The translations under genes were made by a program, and so were the position numbers. Positions 16,180 to 25,322 of a DNA stretch of 64,000 bases are shown one piece after another (the stretch's first letter is position 1; each line of letters opens with the position of its first letter). Below the pieces are notes generated by a model. That model did not search any database. It had not been told where the DNA came from and was given only the letters and a program-made list of their open reading frames with translations. The DNA is from Sphaerochaetaceae bacterium (GTDB lineage Bacteria > Spirochaetota > Spirochaetia > Sphaerochaetales > Sphaerochaetaceae), in contig JBMNGW010000009.1 of NCBI GenBank assembly GCA_050950025.1, positions 10,145-74,144 on the forward strand, given 5' to 3'.

Positions 16180-17325
16180 CTACATCTCCTGCTCAAGGCT
16201 TGCTGAAAGAGCTTGCTTGAGCGAACCGATTTTTTCTCTGTTGGCTCCAATCGTTTTTTGAATATCAACTATTTGGCGATTATGTTGATCTATCATCCCT
16301 CTGATATGTAAGATCCGTTCTTCATCCTGTTCAATAAGATAGACCAGCTCCCCAATTTCACTTTCAATGTTCAGCTCGCCTATCTTTTTTTGCAGTTGTT
16401 TGCGAATCCGCTGATGACGGGCAATTTGATCGTAACAGGTGAGCATAATGGGAGGGATTTCTCTCCCTTTCCAAGGCTCTGTGCTTTCACTGATGATAGT
16501 GCCGTAGCCAATGGCAAGTTGATTAACTGTTTGTTGTCTCTCTTTGCCTATTTGTTGTAATTCCTGCACTTTGCGTTCAATTGAGCCGCTGACACCCACT
16601 TCTTCTAGTCTCCCCTTTTGTTCGGTAATCTGCTGCTGTAACAACGTAACTTCTTGGTGACACATCTCTATTTCACTTTGCAAGCGGTTGACTTCTTGGT
16701 GGAGCTGGGGTGCCGAAGAGCTCACAAGCAGCGGTAAGGCATCGGCCTGGCTAATAAGCTGTCCCACTTCTTCAAAAAATGCTCTGTTTTCTTTCACGGC
16801 GGTGTTAAAACGATGAGATAACACAAGCAGGCGAAGTTTAAGAGGGAGGTTCAAAACTGGTTTGGTTTGCTCTGATTTAGCATGTAAGGTGGCCTGTTCT
16901 GCTCTCAGATTCTCAATTTGTTGTTGCCGTTGATGTAAAGAGGGGAGCAATGTATCAAGTTCTGAAGCAAGAACTCCGCTTACCGACTCTTCCCATGCAA
17001 TTACTCCGATGCGGGAAAAGACGACTTGTAGCTCTTTTTGTGTTTGAGCGATAGTTTTCTTAAGTTCTCTAATACCTTTGTTGGAATCGGTAAGGTTGCT
17101 ACCGATTTGCTTGAGGTGGGCAGTTTGTTGCTTCAGCGCATCAAGTAGCGACTTTTCTTTCGCTAACGAGGCAAACAGTAGCTCAGAACCTTCAATATTC
17201 AGTGGAACACCCAGCTCAAGGGCATGCATACCAAGCTCACCCAGCAGCAGCTGCACATCTTGTTCTACTGTTTGAATATGCTCTTCTATCACCTCGATTT
17301 CGCTACGCTGACGACCCATGAGCAC
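16180..17325 (-). CDS. coiled-coil protein of unknown function
   Basis: 381-aa ORF rich in Q/E/L heptad-like sequence. No enzymatic motif recognised. 5 nt upstream of mltG on the same strand. Confidence 0.55.
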   Translation of the reverse strand: MLMGRQRSEIEVIEEHIQTVEQDVQLLLGELGMHALELGVPLNIEGSELLFASLAKEKSLLDALKQQTAHLKQIGSNLTDSNKGIRELKKTIAQTQKELQVVFSRIGVIAWEESVSGVLASELDTLLPSLHQRQQQIENLRAEQATLHAKSEQTKPVLNLPLKLRLLVLSHRFNTAVKENRAFFEEVGQLISQADALPLLVSSSAPQLHQEVNRLQSEIEMCHQEVTLLQQQITEQKGRLEEVGVSGSIERKVQELQQIGKERQQTVNQLAIGYGTIISESTEPWKGREIPPIMLTCYDQIARHQRIRKQLQKKIGELNIESEIGELVYLIEQDEERILHIRGMIDQHNRQIVDIQKTIGANREKIGSLKQALSASLEQEM

Positions 17326-17450
17326 TCCTATCCCCAGTGGACACCATCATACCATACAGAGTGTTCCTTGACAAAGCAAGCGCCACTAGTTATTCTGAGC
17401 CCAGATGATTAAAAAGAGCATCACATGAATGAAATTTCTGTGGAGGCGGA

Positions 17451-18998
17451 ATGACAGACCAACCACTCCCCTCCCTGCTGCAGCGTACGTTGGATGAGTT
17501 GGAATCAAAAAGGGGGCCACGACAGAGCCTCTTTATCGAAGCGGGAACAGAGGCTGTGCCAATAGCCTTACAACGTTCCATTCAACTTTCCCAACAGTAT
17601 CTGAGCACACACATTACCGATGCATCCCTCAGGGCCAGTGAACCTCCCCTGTTGCTTCTTTTGCCCCAACAGGAGATGGAAAAGTGGCTTCACAATCCAC
17701 AAAACCCATTTTGCAAAGAGTTCACCTGTCTTTTTGAAACCAACTCCCCCCGCTTTGATTTGTCGAGCCTTAATGCCAAATCGCAGGTTCTGGCTACTAC
17801 GGCCCAAAGAGCCATTGACCATATCAGGCGCGACAATATTTTTCTTAGTGAAACAGCAATTGTGGTGGTGGCGTACGAATTTACCCTCTTAGAGGGAGAG
17901 GATCAGCAGCAATTGGACGCCAGAGCTTGTGCCTTTTGGGACGATTGCCGCTTCATTCTCACCAAGCTGAACCAAAATGTCCATGTGGAACTGTATGTTA
18001 ATACGTTTAATCATCTAAAAAGAGACCCCAAAGAGCTTGTTGCAAATCCCCTGCTGCTATTTCGACAGATGTGGGAACGTCCAGTGCACCCGCTCTTTGT
18101 TATCTCTACCGATGCCTTAGATACTGAAAGTGTCATGAGCCTCTTGTATGCCGAACATAAGGACAACTACTTAGTTGTCATGCGTACAGAAAAAGAGGTA
18201 GACACCCTTAAAAAAGGTCTTAAGGCAGCCCCAGTAAAGCTACAGGCCAGCGGCATTGGACTAAGAAGACTGCTTTCCCTCAACGCGCCTATGGAACAAG
18301 AGGTTGAAACAGTCATTTTAGTCGGCCTGAAAAGCAAGGATGTCGTTCAAGTCATCCGCATCATCGGCGAGTACACCCATGCTTCTTACATCATTGCACT
18401 CGCCACCGAACAAGAGGCGCACAACATCATCACCAGCAAGGAGACTTTGCTCATGAACAGTGAACTTAAAGCCATGCCCGAGACTCAAGAAGTCGTTGCC
18501 GGCAAAATCCAGATGCTTGTTGCCAAGCTTAACATTGACAACCGCCCTGACGAAATCGAAGAATTAAAGAAAATTATTAAAAAGAATGTTCCGTTTTACC
18601 GCAGAGGCCATTTCTCAGCCTACCTGCTGCGCGAACATTTAGCGGCAAATGAGAAAAAACCGGCCACAAGGGCTAAAGCATCTGCACCAGAAACTGCCAA
18701 ACCTGCTCCCAAAACGCAAAAAAGCGCACCAAAACAACAGACTCCCCCCGTCCCAGAAGGGGCTAGAACCCTTTATTTAAATGTGGGGAAAATGAGGCGC
18801 CTTTATGCTAAAGAGCTCTCTCAGATTCTGATTGACCAGTTGGGAATTACACGCGAAGACATTTTCGCTTTGCGTATCCATGATAAATATTCGTTTATCA
18901 CCCTCTCTCAGGAACATGCCGATAAAGCTTTGGAGAAAATGCAAGGCATCGATATCAGAGGACGCACTGCTTCCATCAGCTATTCGAACAAGGAATAA
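17451..18998 (+). CDS. DEAD-box-helicase-like protein with degenerate catalytic motifs and a C-terminal DbpA-type RNA-binding domain
   Basis: 515-aa ORF. The C-terminus TLYLNVGKMRRLYAKELSQILIDQLGITREDIFALRIHDKYSFITLSQEHADKALEKMQG resembles the DbpA/CsdA RBD. The N-terminal part is collinear with two RecA-like domains, but no GxGKT, DEAD or SAT is seen. Confidence 0.55.
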   Translation: MTDQPLPSLLQRTLDELESKRGPRQSLFIEAGTEAVPIALQRSIQLSQQYLSTHITDASLRASEPPLLLLLPQQEMEKWLHNPQNPFCKEFTCLFETNSPRFDLSSLNAKSQVLATTAQRAIDHIRRDNIFLSETAIVVVAYEFTLLEGEDQQQLDARACAFWDDCRFILTKLNQNVHVELYVNTFNHLKRDPKELVANPLLLFRQMWERPVHPLFVISTDALDTESVMSLLYAEHKDNYLVVMRTEKEVDTLKKGLKAAPVKLQASGIGLRRLLSLNAPMEQEVETVILVGLKSKDVVQVIRIIGEYTHASYIIALATEQEAHNIITSKETLLMNSELKAMPETQEVVAGKIQMLVAKLNIDNRPDEIEELKKIIKKNVPFYRRGHFSAYLLREHLAANEKKPATRAKASAPETAKPAPKTQKSAPKQQTPPVPEGARTLYLNVGKMRRLYAKELSQILIDQLGITREDIFALRIHDKYSFITLSQEHADKALEKMQGIDIRGRTASISYSNKE

Positions 18999-19000
18999 TA

Positions 19001-19645
19001 ATGGTCGTTGAACGTTTTGCTCTTGGTCCCTATCAAGCTAATTGCTACGCTTTTCACAATACTAAAGAGGTGTGGCTTATCGACCCGGGGTTTAGCGGTC
19101 ACCAACTGGCCTCCTACATCAAAAGTAAAGGGTGGGTTCCGGTGGCTATTCTACTAACCCACTCCCACTGGGACCATGTGTTGGGCATAGGCGAGCTGCT
19201 GCAAGCCTATCCCGACCTTCCTGTTGGCATTCATACCGATGAAAAGCCCTATTTGGATGGAAAACAGATGCGCAAGATGGCCTTGCGCTTTGATCCAAGT
19301 TTGCAAAGCCTTGATGAGCAATTGTGGATCGATGTTCCCCAGCCCACCATGTTACTAAACGATAAGCAGCTTATCCCCGGTTGCAATCTTACCGTTTTGC
19401 ACACTCCCGGCCACTCAAAAGGTTCAGTGGCCTATTGGGCACAAAAAGAGGGCCTTCTCTTTAGTGGGGATACGTTGTTTGCCAGTTCCATCGGACGCAC
19501 CGATTTGCCCGGAGGCGACTCAGAAGCCATCATCACCTCCATTAAAACGAAATTAATGACTCTTGATGAGGCAACTATCGTTTATCCGGGCCATGGGGAA
19601 AGTACAACCATTGGGTTTGAAAAAACCAACAATCCTTGGCTGTAG
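19001..19645 (+). CDS. MBL-fold metallo-hydrolase (glyoxalase II-like)
   Basis: 214-aa ORF with THSHWDH and later HTPGHS/GD motifs. Confidence 0.85.
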   Translation: MVVERFALGPYQANCYAFHNTKEVWLIDPGFSGHQLASYIKSKGWVPVAILLTHSHWDHVLGIGELLQAYPDLPVGIHTDEKPYLDGKQMRKMALRFDPSLQSLDEQLWIDVPQPTMLLNDKQLIPGCNLTVLHTPGHSKGSVAYWAQKEGLLFSGDTLFASSIGRTDLPGGDSEAIITSIKTKLMTLDEATIVYPGHGESTTIGFEKTNNPWL

Positions 19646-20032
19646 CTACCATGATTTACGTTTGGGGCCTTCCTCTCCGCTTTTGCACTTAACGCACAAT
19701 ACGGCCGAGGGGATGGCCCTTAGCCGTTCTTCGGGAATCAAAGCACCGCATTGCAAACACACCCCGTAACGCCCATTCTTTAAGCGCGTTAGGGCCGCTT
19801 CAACACTTTTGAGGCGGTTGGCGGCATGTTGGTTCAAGGCTTCCATTTTCTTACTGGCAATATCGTCGGCAGCAATATCGCCAATGTCTTTGGTCCCCAT
19901 GGCATTAATCATGCTGCGAAAGTCCTCATCCTCATTGGCTATGCTCTCAAGAATCTCTTTGCGCTGAGCAAGCAGCAATTGTTCCATTTCGGCATAAAAT
20001 TCTTCAGTCATTCCAAACACCTCTGCAAACAT
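19646..20032 (-). CDS. TraR/DksA family C4 zinc-finger regulator
   Basis: 128-aa ORF with a coiled-coil N-terminus and CLQCGALIPEERL...VLCVKC. Confidence 0.8.
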   Translation of the reverse strand: MFAEVFGMTEEFYAEMEQLLLAQRKEILESIANEDEDFRSMINAMGTKDIGDIAADDIASKKMEALNQHAANRLKSVEAALTRLKNGRYGVCLQCGALIPEERLRAIPSAVLCVKCKSGEEGPKRKSW

Positions 20033-20086
20033 ACTTCAAACAGTTTCAATAAAGATGGATGCCTTTTGCCTATCCGTCAAGTAAAA

Positions 20087-20698
20087 TCATCTCTGAAAGA
20101 GGAATTCTTGCACAATAGCGCTCAGTTCGGCATAGGTTTGCGTACTGGGTAGCTGGGGCTCATCCTGGATAATCTGTTGGGGTGCTTTGAATAAAGCTCC
20201 GCCATCGGCTGCTTTAATCATCGTTAAATCATTGTACGAATCGCCGGCTGCAAAAACAGAAAATCCGAGGCTTTGCAAAGCTTTGACAGCCTTGTATTTG
20301 CCATTGTCCTGTCGCAGTCGATAATCAATTATCATCGAGTTCTGATCAACTACAAGCGTATTGCAAAACAGTGTCGGATACAGAAGTTTTTTCATCAGTG
20401 GTTGGGCAAATTGGGTAAAAGTGTCACTGAGAATAATAACTTGTGTCTGCTCTTTAAGGGAGTTGAGAAACTCCAAAGCTCCTCCAAAAGGCTCCATAGT
20501 CGCAATGACGTGCTGAATATCGCTTAAAGAGAGCTTATGCTCCTCTAAAATAGCTAATCGTCCTCTCATCAGCACATCATAATCAGGCTCATCACGAGTA
20601 GTCCTTTTTAAGGCTTCAATTCCCGTCTTCTTTGCCACATTAATCCAAATCTCGGGTACAAGTACCCCCTCCAAGTCCAAACAGACAATCTTTTGCAT
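20087..20698 (-). CDS. thrH: phosphoserine phosphatase / homoserine phosphotransferase ThrH-like HAD hydrolase
   Basis: From ATG 20698: MQKIVCLDLEGVLVPEIWI...TTRDEPDYDVLM...ILSDTF...AAGDSYND, nearly collinear with Pseudomonas ThrH as recalled. Confidence 0.8.
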   Translation of the reverse strand: MQKIVCLDLEGVLVPEIWINVAKKTGIEALKRTTRDEPDYDVLMRGRLAILEEHKLSLSDIQHVIATMEPFGGALEFLNSLKEQTQVIILSDTFTQFAQPLMKKLLYPTLFCNTLVVDQNSMIIDYRLRQDNGKYKAVKALQSLGFSVFAAGDSYNDLTMIKAADGGALFKAPQQIIQDEPQLPSTQTYAELSAIVQEFLFQR

Positions 20699-20709
20699 GC
20701 TACACTCTC

Positions 20710-21704
20710 TCAAATTTTCCACTTTTTGCCGCTTTTGAACAGGGCATTGATGACGTTTGTATTGGCCAATGTGTGCTCTAAGCTGCCAATAAACGGCTGT
20801 CCGCTGGCAGCGCAGGCGGCAAATTGCTCACACTCCTTTTGGTATTGATCCATTGGCTCATACTGATAAATTTGGGCTTTCGCTGTGCGCGAATCATCAT
20901 AGACTTCAAAGGGCCATTGGATTCTCTGTATCGCTTGTGAAACGTATTGGGGGACTTCAATCCTCTTTGAATCGGTTAAGAATGTCATTGATGTGTGGAA
21001 GGGATGTTGCATACCGGTAATAAAGCTCATCTGAGCCCCTGAGGCAAAGCGGAGAATCCCAGTAGTATTATGATCAACTTTCAGCTTCAGGATCGTGGTC
21101 CATCACACAGGCGACTTCCACCGGTTCCTCACCGGCCATCCAGCGCCCCACCGTAATGGGATAAACACCGATGTCCCATAAAGCTCCCCCCCCGTCTTGG
21201 TAGAAATTGCGAATATCTTGAGGATTCTTATTATAGAGGGTGAAAAACCCGTGGATGCTTTGCAATGGGCCAAAGTCATTGTTTTGCAAATGTTCTTTCA
21301 GACCAATCAACCGATTTTGGTGAAAAAATGGCGTACGCTTCGCCAATAAGAAGACCGCTTGAGTCTCTTAGTTTTATTAAATGCTGCACATCTTCGGCTT
21401 TTAGGGCCAACGGTTTTTCGCACAACACATGCTTACCTGCTTTGATTGCTTCAGTGATCCAATGCACATGCAGATGGTTAGGCAAAGGGAGGTAGACGAT
21501 ATCGATAGTCGGATCTTCCAGCAGTTGCTCATACGAGCCATAAGCTAAGGCAATTGCGTTTTTCTTGGCATAAGCAATTGCTTTTTGTTCCTCTCTGGAA
21601 GCAACGGCCACTAATTCGCATTGGTCACTGGCATGCAAAGCTGGAATCAGTTTATCTTGGGCGATACCCGCCGTGCCTAAAATACCCCAACGACTTTTTC
21701 CCAT
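20710..21704 (-). pseudogene. Gfo/Idh/MocA family oxidoreductase, disrupted by two frameshifts
   Basis: Three consecutive ORFs in different frames (21276-21728, 21074-21346, 20710-21030) together reconstruct one protein (GILGTAGIA Rossmann N-terminus, EKPLA, then VDHNTTGILRFASGAQ). The first shift is at an A6 run (21323-21328); the second is near 21075-21105. Confidence 0.75.
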
Positions 21705-21772
21705 GGGCTCCTCCTCAACTTCTCCCATATTGGACGCAATCGGGCGTTAAAGCAAGAGCACAAAGGGAATAT

Positions 21773-23422
21773 TTAGAGCTTGGGATACGAACTTTTCATC
21801 CCCCGCTGCATCCACAGATTGGGAATCACTAACCAATTACTGTCGCTTGTGGGAACAAGTTCTTCTGTCTGTAAAAACTCTTCGGCTAACAATGTAAGAA
21901 GATCGGTATCGCTGATACGTAGCATCCGATCTAAAATCTGCTGTCCCTCCAATCCGGCCGCTTTCAGATGTCCCCCCTCACCAAGGGCTCTTTTGGCACT
22001 CAAAGCTACCTCATAGGTCTGCTCCGAAGAAAAAGCTCCTCCTTGAGCCAGCGTCTTTAAACTTATTTTTTGAGAGGGCCCTTTGGTGATATCCACCACA
22101 TAATTGACTCCCGCCAGCGAATCGTAAAGCTCCCAATTAGCTCTCATATCTTCAGTAAAAAGAAGTAAATCATCATCAAGGCTCCTCATTTGGTTAAACC
22201 ACTGAGCATAGGAATATTCAAGATACGAGCGGATTTCAGAGCCGCTTAAACGCATGGTAATAATGGGATACGTAAACGGACCAAAAGCTAGCAGATCTTG
22301 GATGCTTACAGGTCCTTTGTGTAACACAGTATCTACAGCGTTCAAACTTGCCAAAGAGATAGGGGCTAAAGTCTCTTTTTGCTCTACTGCATGGATAAGA
22401 TCAACAAATTTGGAATCGCCAAAAGCTCCCTCTTTGGAGCTTATCGATTCACTAAGGTTGCCTATGATTGTTGAGCCCCAGCTCTGGGCTTCTGTTACAA
22501 ACTGCCCAAAGCGCTGCTCAAACATTTGGTCAACTGGATAATCGGCTGCTTTTAGCATTTGTGGCTCTAGTGATACAAGCTGACCCTGATCAAAGGCAGC
22601 TGTAACTGTCATAAATTCGCTGCCGTTTTGAGGCATAGAGACAACGTGTTCACCTTCAGCTGTTCCTAAGGTAAAAACCAAGTCAAACTCTGAGGCAAAC
22701 GAAGATCCAGCAGCTGTTTTTGTTTGTACCAAAGCTATCATAAGATCGGGCTTTTCTTCTTTGATGATATCTATATAGTGCAAGGCAGCTTCTTCCATCG
22801 GCTGGATTTCTACCCCTTTACCAAACACCAGAGGCGCATAAACAGGATCAATTAATCCCATCACACCAATAGTTAAGCCCTTTTGCTTGAGGATCACATA
22901 GGGCTCTAAAAGCGGTTCTTTTGTTTTGGCATCAACTACGTTGGCAGCAAGGTAGGGGTAGTGGGCCTGGGAAACGACGGCCCTAAAAGGGGTAAAGCCT
23001 GCTTCAAGATCTCGAGGTCCACTTAGGGCGGCATCATATCCTAAGGCATCTAAAACCAAGCTGACAATATGGGGCTGTTTTTCCACATTATAGGTGCTGT
23101 AATACGTTTCTAAGCTTCCTTGGAGGATGTTCCCACCTTCTAAGAGAAAAAGGGCTCTCTCTTGTTGGTTCTGCTGTTTTAAATATGAAGCAAGATGAGA
23201 CAATCCCCCAGGGGCAACTACTTCTCCATTCACATTGGCAGTAACGACAATCACCACCTCTTTTTGCTCGCTTGGAGGCTGTACAACATCCTTAACTGGC
23301 TCTATAACAAGGGGCTCGGGCTCTTGGATGATTGGTATCGATTCAGTGGAAGCACAAGCTACAAGCACTCCAAGTGCCATCAAAAGTGCTATCCCTCTAA
23401 AAAACAGGTTACGATATTTCAT
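21773..23422 (-). CDS. 5'-nucleotidase / metallophosphoesterase-like lipoprotein with degenerate metal-binding motifs
   Basis: Start at ATG 23422 (MKYRNLFFRGIALLMALGVLVACAS, lipobox). Collinear with the UshA/5'-NT family, but motifs read TANVNG, GGN and GPRDLE in place of NDxHG, GGD and GNHEFD. Confidence 0.65.
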   Translation of the reverse strand: MKYRNLFFRGIALLMALGVLVACASTESIPIIQEPEPLVIEPVKDVVQPPSEQKEVVIVVTANVNGEVVAPGGLSHLASYLKQQNQQERALFLLEGGNILQGSLETYYSTYNVEKQPHIVSLVLDALGYDAALSGPRDLEAGFTPFRAVVSQAHYPYLAANVVDAKTKEPLLEPYVILKQKGLTIGVMGLIDPVYAPLVFGKGVEIQPMEEAALHYIDIIKEEKPDLMIALVQTKTAAGSSFASEFDLVFTLGTAEGEHVVSMPQNGSEFMTVTAAFDQGQLVSLEPQMLKAADYPVDQMFEQRFGQFVTEAQSWGSTIIGNLSESISSKEGAFGDSKFVDLIHAVEQKETLAPISLASLNAVDTVLHKGPVSIQDLLAFGPFTYPIITMRLSGSEIRSYLEYSYAQWFNQMRSLDDDLLLFTEDMRANWELYDSLAGVNYVVDITKGPSQKISLKTLAQGGAFSSEQTYEVALSAKRALGEGGHLKAAGLEGQQILDRMLRISDTDLLTLLAEEFLQTEELVPTSDSNWLVIPNLWMQRGMKSSYPKL

Positions 23423-23454
23423 TCTTTGTACCCCCTTTATGATACAATCGGCCC

Positions 23455-24345
23455 ATGAATAGGTTACGCCATTATCTGTTGAGCTTCTTTTTAGGTTCCC
23501 TGATTTCAATTATGGTTGTCTGCAACACACTGTTGGGCCAACAAACAACGATGGCCCTCTCTTTTTTCTTTAACCACGGCATCGGCATTGTTTTTCTTTC
23601 GCTGCTCCTTCTTTTTTATAAACCTCATAAAGAAAAGGCCCCTTGGTACCTCTATTTTGGCGGCGTATTTGGTTTTTTCATCCTCAATGCCAACTATGTG
23701 ACAATCACCGCCATCGGTGTCTCTTTGACAATGGCTACTGCTGTCTTTGGGCAAGCCTTAGGCTCTCTTATTTTTGATCTTACTGGGTGGATGCATATGA
23801 AGACCTATCCAATCAGTCGTCGCAAAGCTCTGAGTTTGGCTCTCTGTTTTGTCGGCATCGTTTTGATGGGTGCTGAAGGGGGCTCTTTTCTTCTTCCGTA
23901 TATTCTGCTGGGCATCGCCACTGGCACCATCACTATGATTCAAATGGTCTACAACTCACGCTTGGCAGCCATCAAAGGCATCATCTACAGCGCTCGCAAT
24001 AACGTGCTTAGCGGTTTTATTGTGGCATTGATTATCTATGGCGCAATGGGCTTAGGTCCCACCATACGTGCTTTTTCCTCTTTGAAAACACTTCCTTTGT
24101 ATCTTATAGCTGGAGGCGGAATATTGGCAATGGTCGTGGTGATGGGGACCAACTTTGTTATTCCCAAAATCCCCGTCATTTACAGCGCCCTTTTGCTTAG
24201 CAGTGCCCAAATCATTTCTTCTATTTTTCTTGATCATCTATTAGGGATAACGTTCCCTCCCCTTCTTCTTTTGGGAGCAATCGTCATTTTAGTGGGGATG
24301 GTTATTAATGTCTGGGTCGATTCAATTGAGCGCAAAAGCTCTTAA
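23455..24345 (+). CDS. DMT-superfamily membrane protein (duplicated DUF606/YdcZ-like)
   Basis: 296-aa ORF with about 10 predicted TM segments and two similar halves. Confidence 0.6.
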   Translation: MNRLRHYLLSFFLGSLISIMVVCNTLLGQQTTMALSFFFNHGIGIVFLSLLLLFYKPHKEKAPWYLYFGGVFGFFILNANYVTITAIGVSLTMATAVFGQALGSLIFDLTGWMHMKTYPISRRKALSLALCFVGIVLMGAEGGSFLLPYILLGIATGTITMIQMVYNSRLAAIKGIIYSARNNVLSGFIVALIIYGAMGLGPTIRAFSSLKTLPLYLIAGGGILAMVVVMGTNFVIPKIPVIYSALLLSSAQIISSIFLDHLLGITFPPLLLLGAIVILVGMVINVWVDSIERKSS

Positions 24346-25322
24346 AGCTCACCTGTAATACCATACGAGGAGTTTTGGGCAACAATGAATCCCTCTTTTT
24401 CTAAAGCTTTGAGCGCTTTTTCGATGCGATCCATCTCATAAGGCAGGTGTTGGCCCACTTTTTCTTTCTCTAACGGCCCCTTCTCTTGCAACAAAAAAAG
24501 GACTTTGGCACGAACTTGCCGAGGCGAGTTTTCAAAAGGGCTCTGTTTTGCATACTGAGCGCTGCGACGATTGGGATTAGGGACAAGGGTTTTGAGCTTA
24601 GCTCCCCAATCCAATAATGCATAATACCAATGTTTGTAATCGGTTTGCATCTCAGTCAGCTCTTCCAATTCTGCCAAAAGCGTAGCGTCAGTAACATTTT
24701 CCTGGTGGGGATGAAAGTGGTAGAGAAGAACCCGACGGATATTCGTCTCCAGATAAAGAGCTTTTTGTTGATACGCAAACACCATAATAGCAGCACTGGT
24801 TGCCGCCCCTACCTGTGGTAAAGTCAGTAGCTCTTTTTGCGTTTTAGGCAATTGCCAGCTTTGTTGTTTACTGGAAGTGGCTATTGAGTGCAAAGCCAAA
24901 GCTCTGCGGTTGTATCCCAAGCCCTTCCACATCTGTAAGACCTCGCTTAAAGAGGCTTGAGATAAAGCTTCCAATGTGGGCCACCGCTTAATAAACTGCT
25001 CATATTTAGGTTCCACACGTTCAACTTGAGTCTGCTGAAGCATCATTTCAGAAACAAGGATGTGGTAGGGATTCGTTGTTTGCCGAAAAGAGAATATCCG
25101 CTTATAGAGGCGATAATGCTCCCAAACAGCCAAAGATAGGGCGTTAAAAGCCTCTTTACGCTGGTCTTTAGAAAGCGTTTCGATTGCTACAGCTTTAAGA
25201 CTCAGCAGTATTTTTACCTCGTTGCTTGCGCTTATTTTGTCGCTCTTCTTTGCGCATTTTACGCATTTCACTTCGCTTACGCTCTTCTTCCAGCATCTTG
25301 CGGTACGATTTACCACTGCCAA
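24342..25322 (-). CDS. HhH-GPD base-excision glycosylase, MutY/Nth-like, without Fe-S cysteines, with C-terminal winged-helix-like tail (start uncertain)
   Basis: Contains SEMMLQQTQVERV, GLGYNRRA, LPQVGAATSAAI (HhH) and LLDWGA (catalytic Asp position). No CX6CX2CX5C cluster. The first ATG (25322) overlaps the AI-2E gene by 128 nt; the true start may lie at a non-ATG codon around 25190-25210. Confidence 0.65.
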   Translation of the reverse strand: MAVVNRTARCWKKSVSEVKCVKCAKKSDKISASNEVKILLSLKAVAIETLSKDQRKEAFNALSLAVWEHYRLYKRIFSFRQTTNPYHILVSEMMLQQTQVERVEPKYEQFIKRWPTLEALSQASLSEVLQMWKGLGYNRRALALHSIATSSKQQSWQLPKTQKELLTLPQVGAATSAAIMVFAYQQKALYLETNIRRVLLYHFHPHQENVTDATLLAELEELTEMQTDYKHWYYALLDWGAKLKTLVPNPNRRSAQYAKQSPFENSPRQVRAKVLFLLQEKGPLEKEKVGQHLPYEMDRIEKALKALEKEGFIVAQNSSYGITGEL

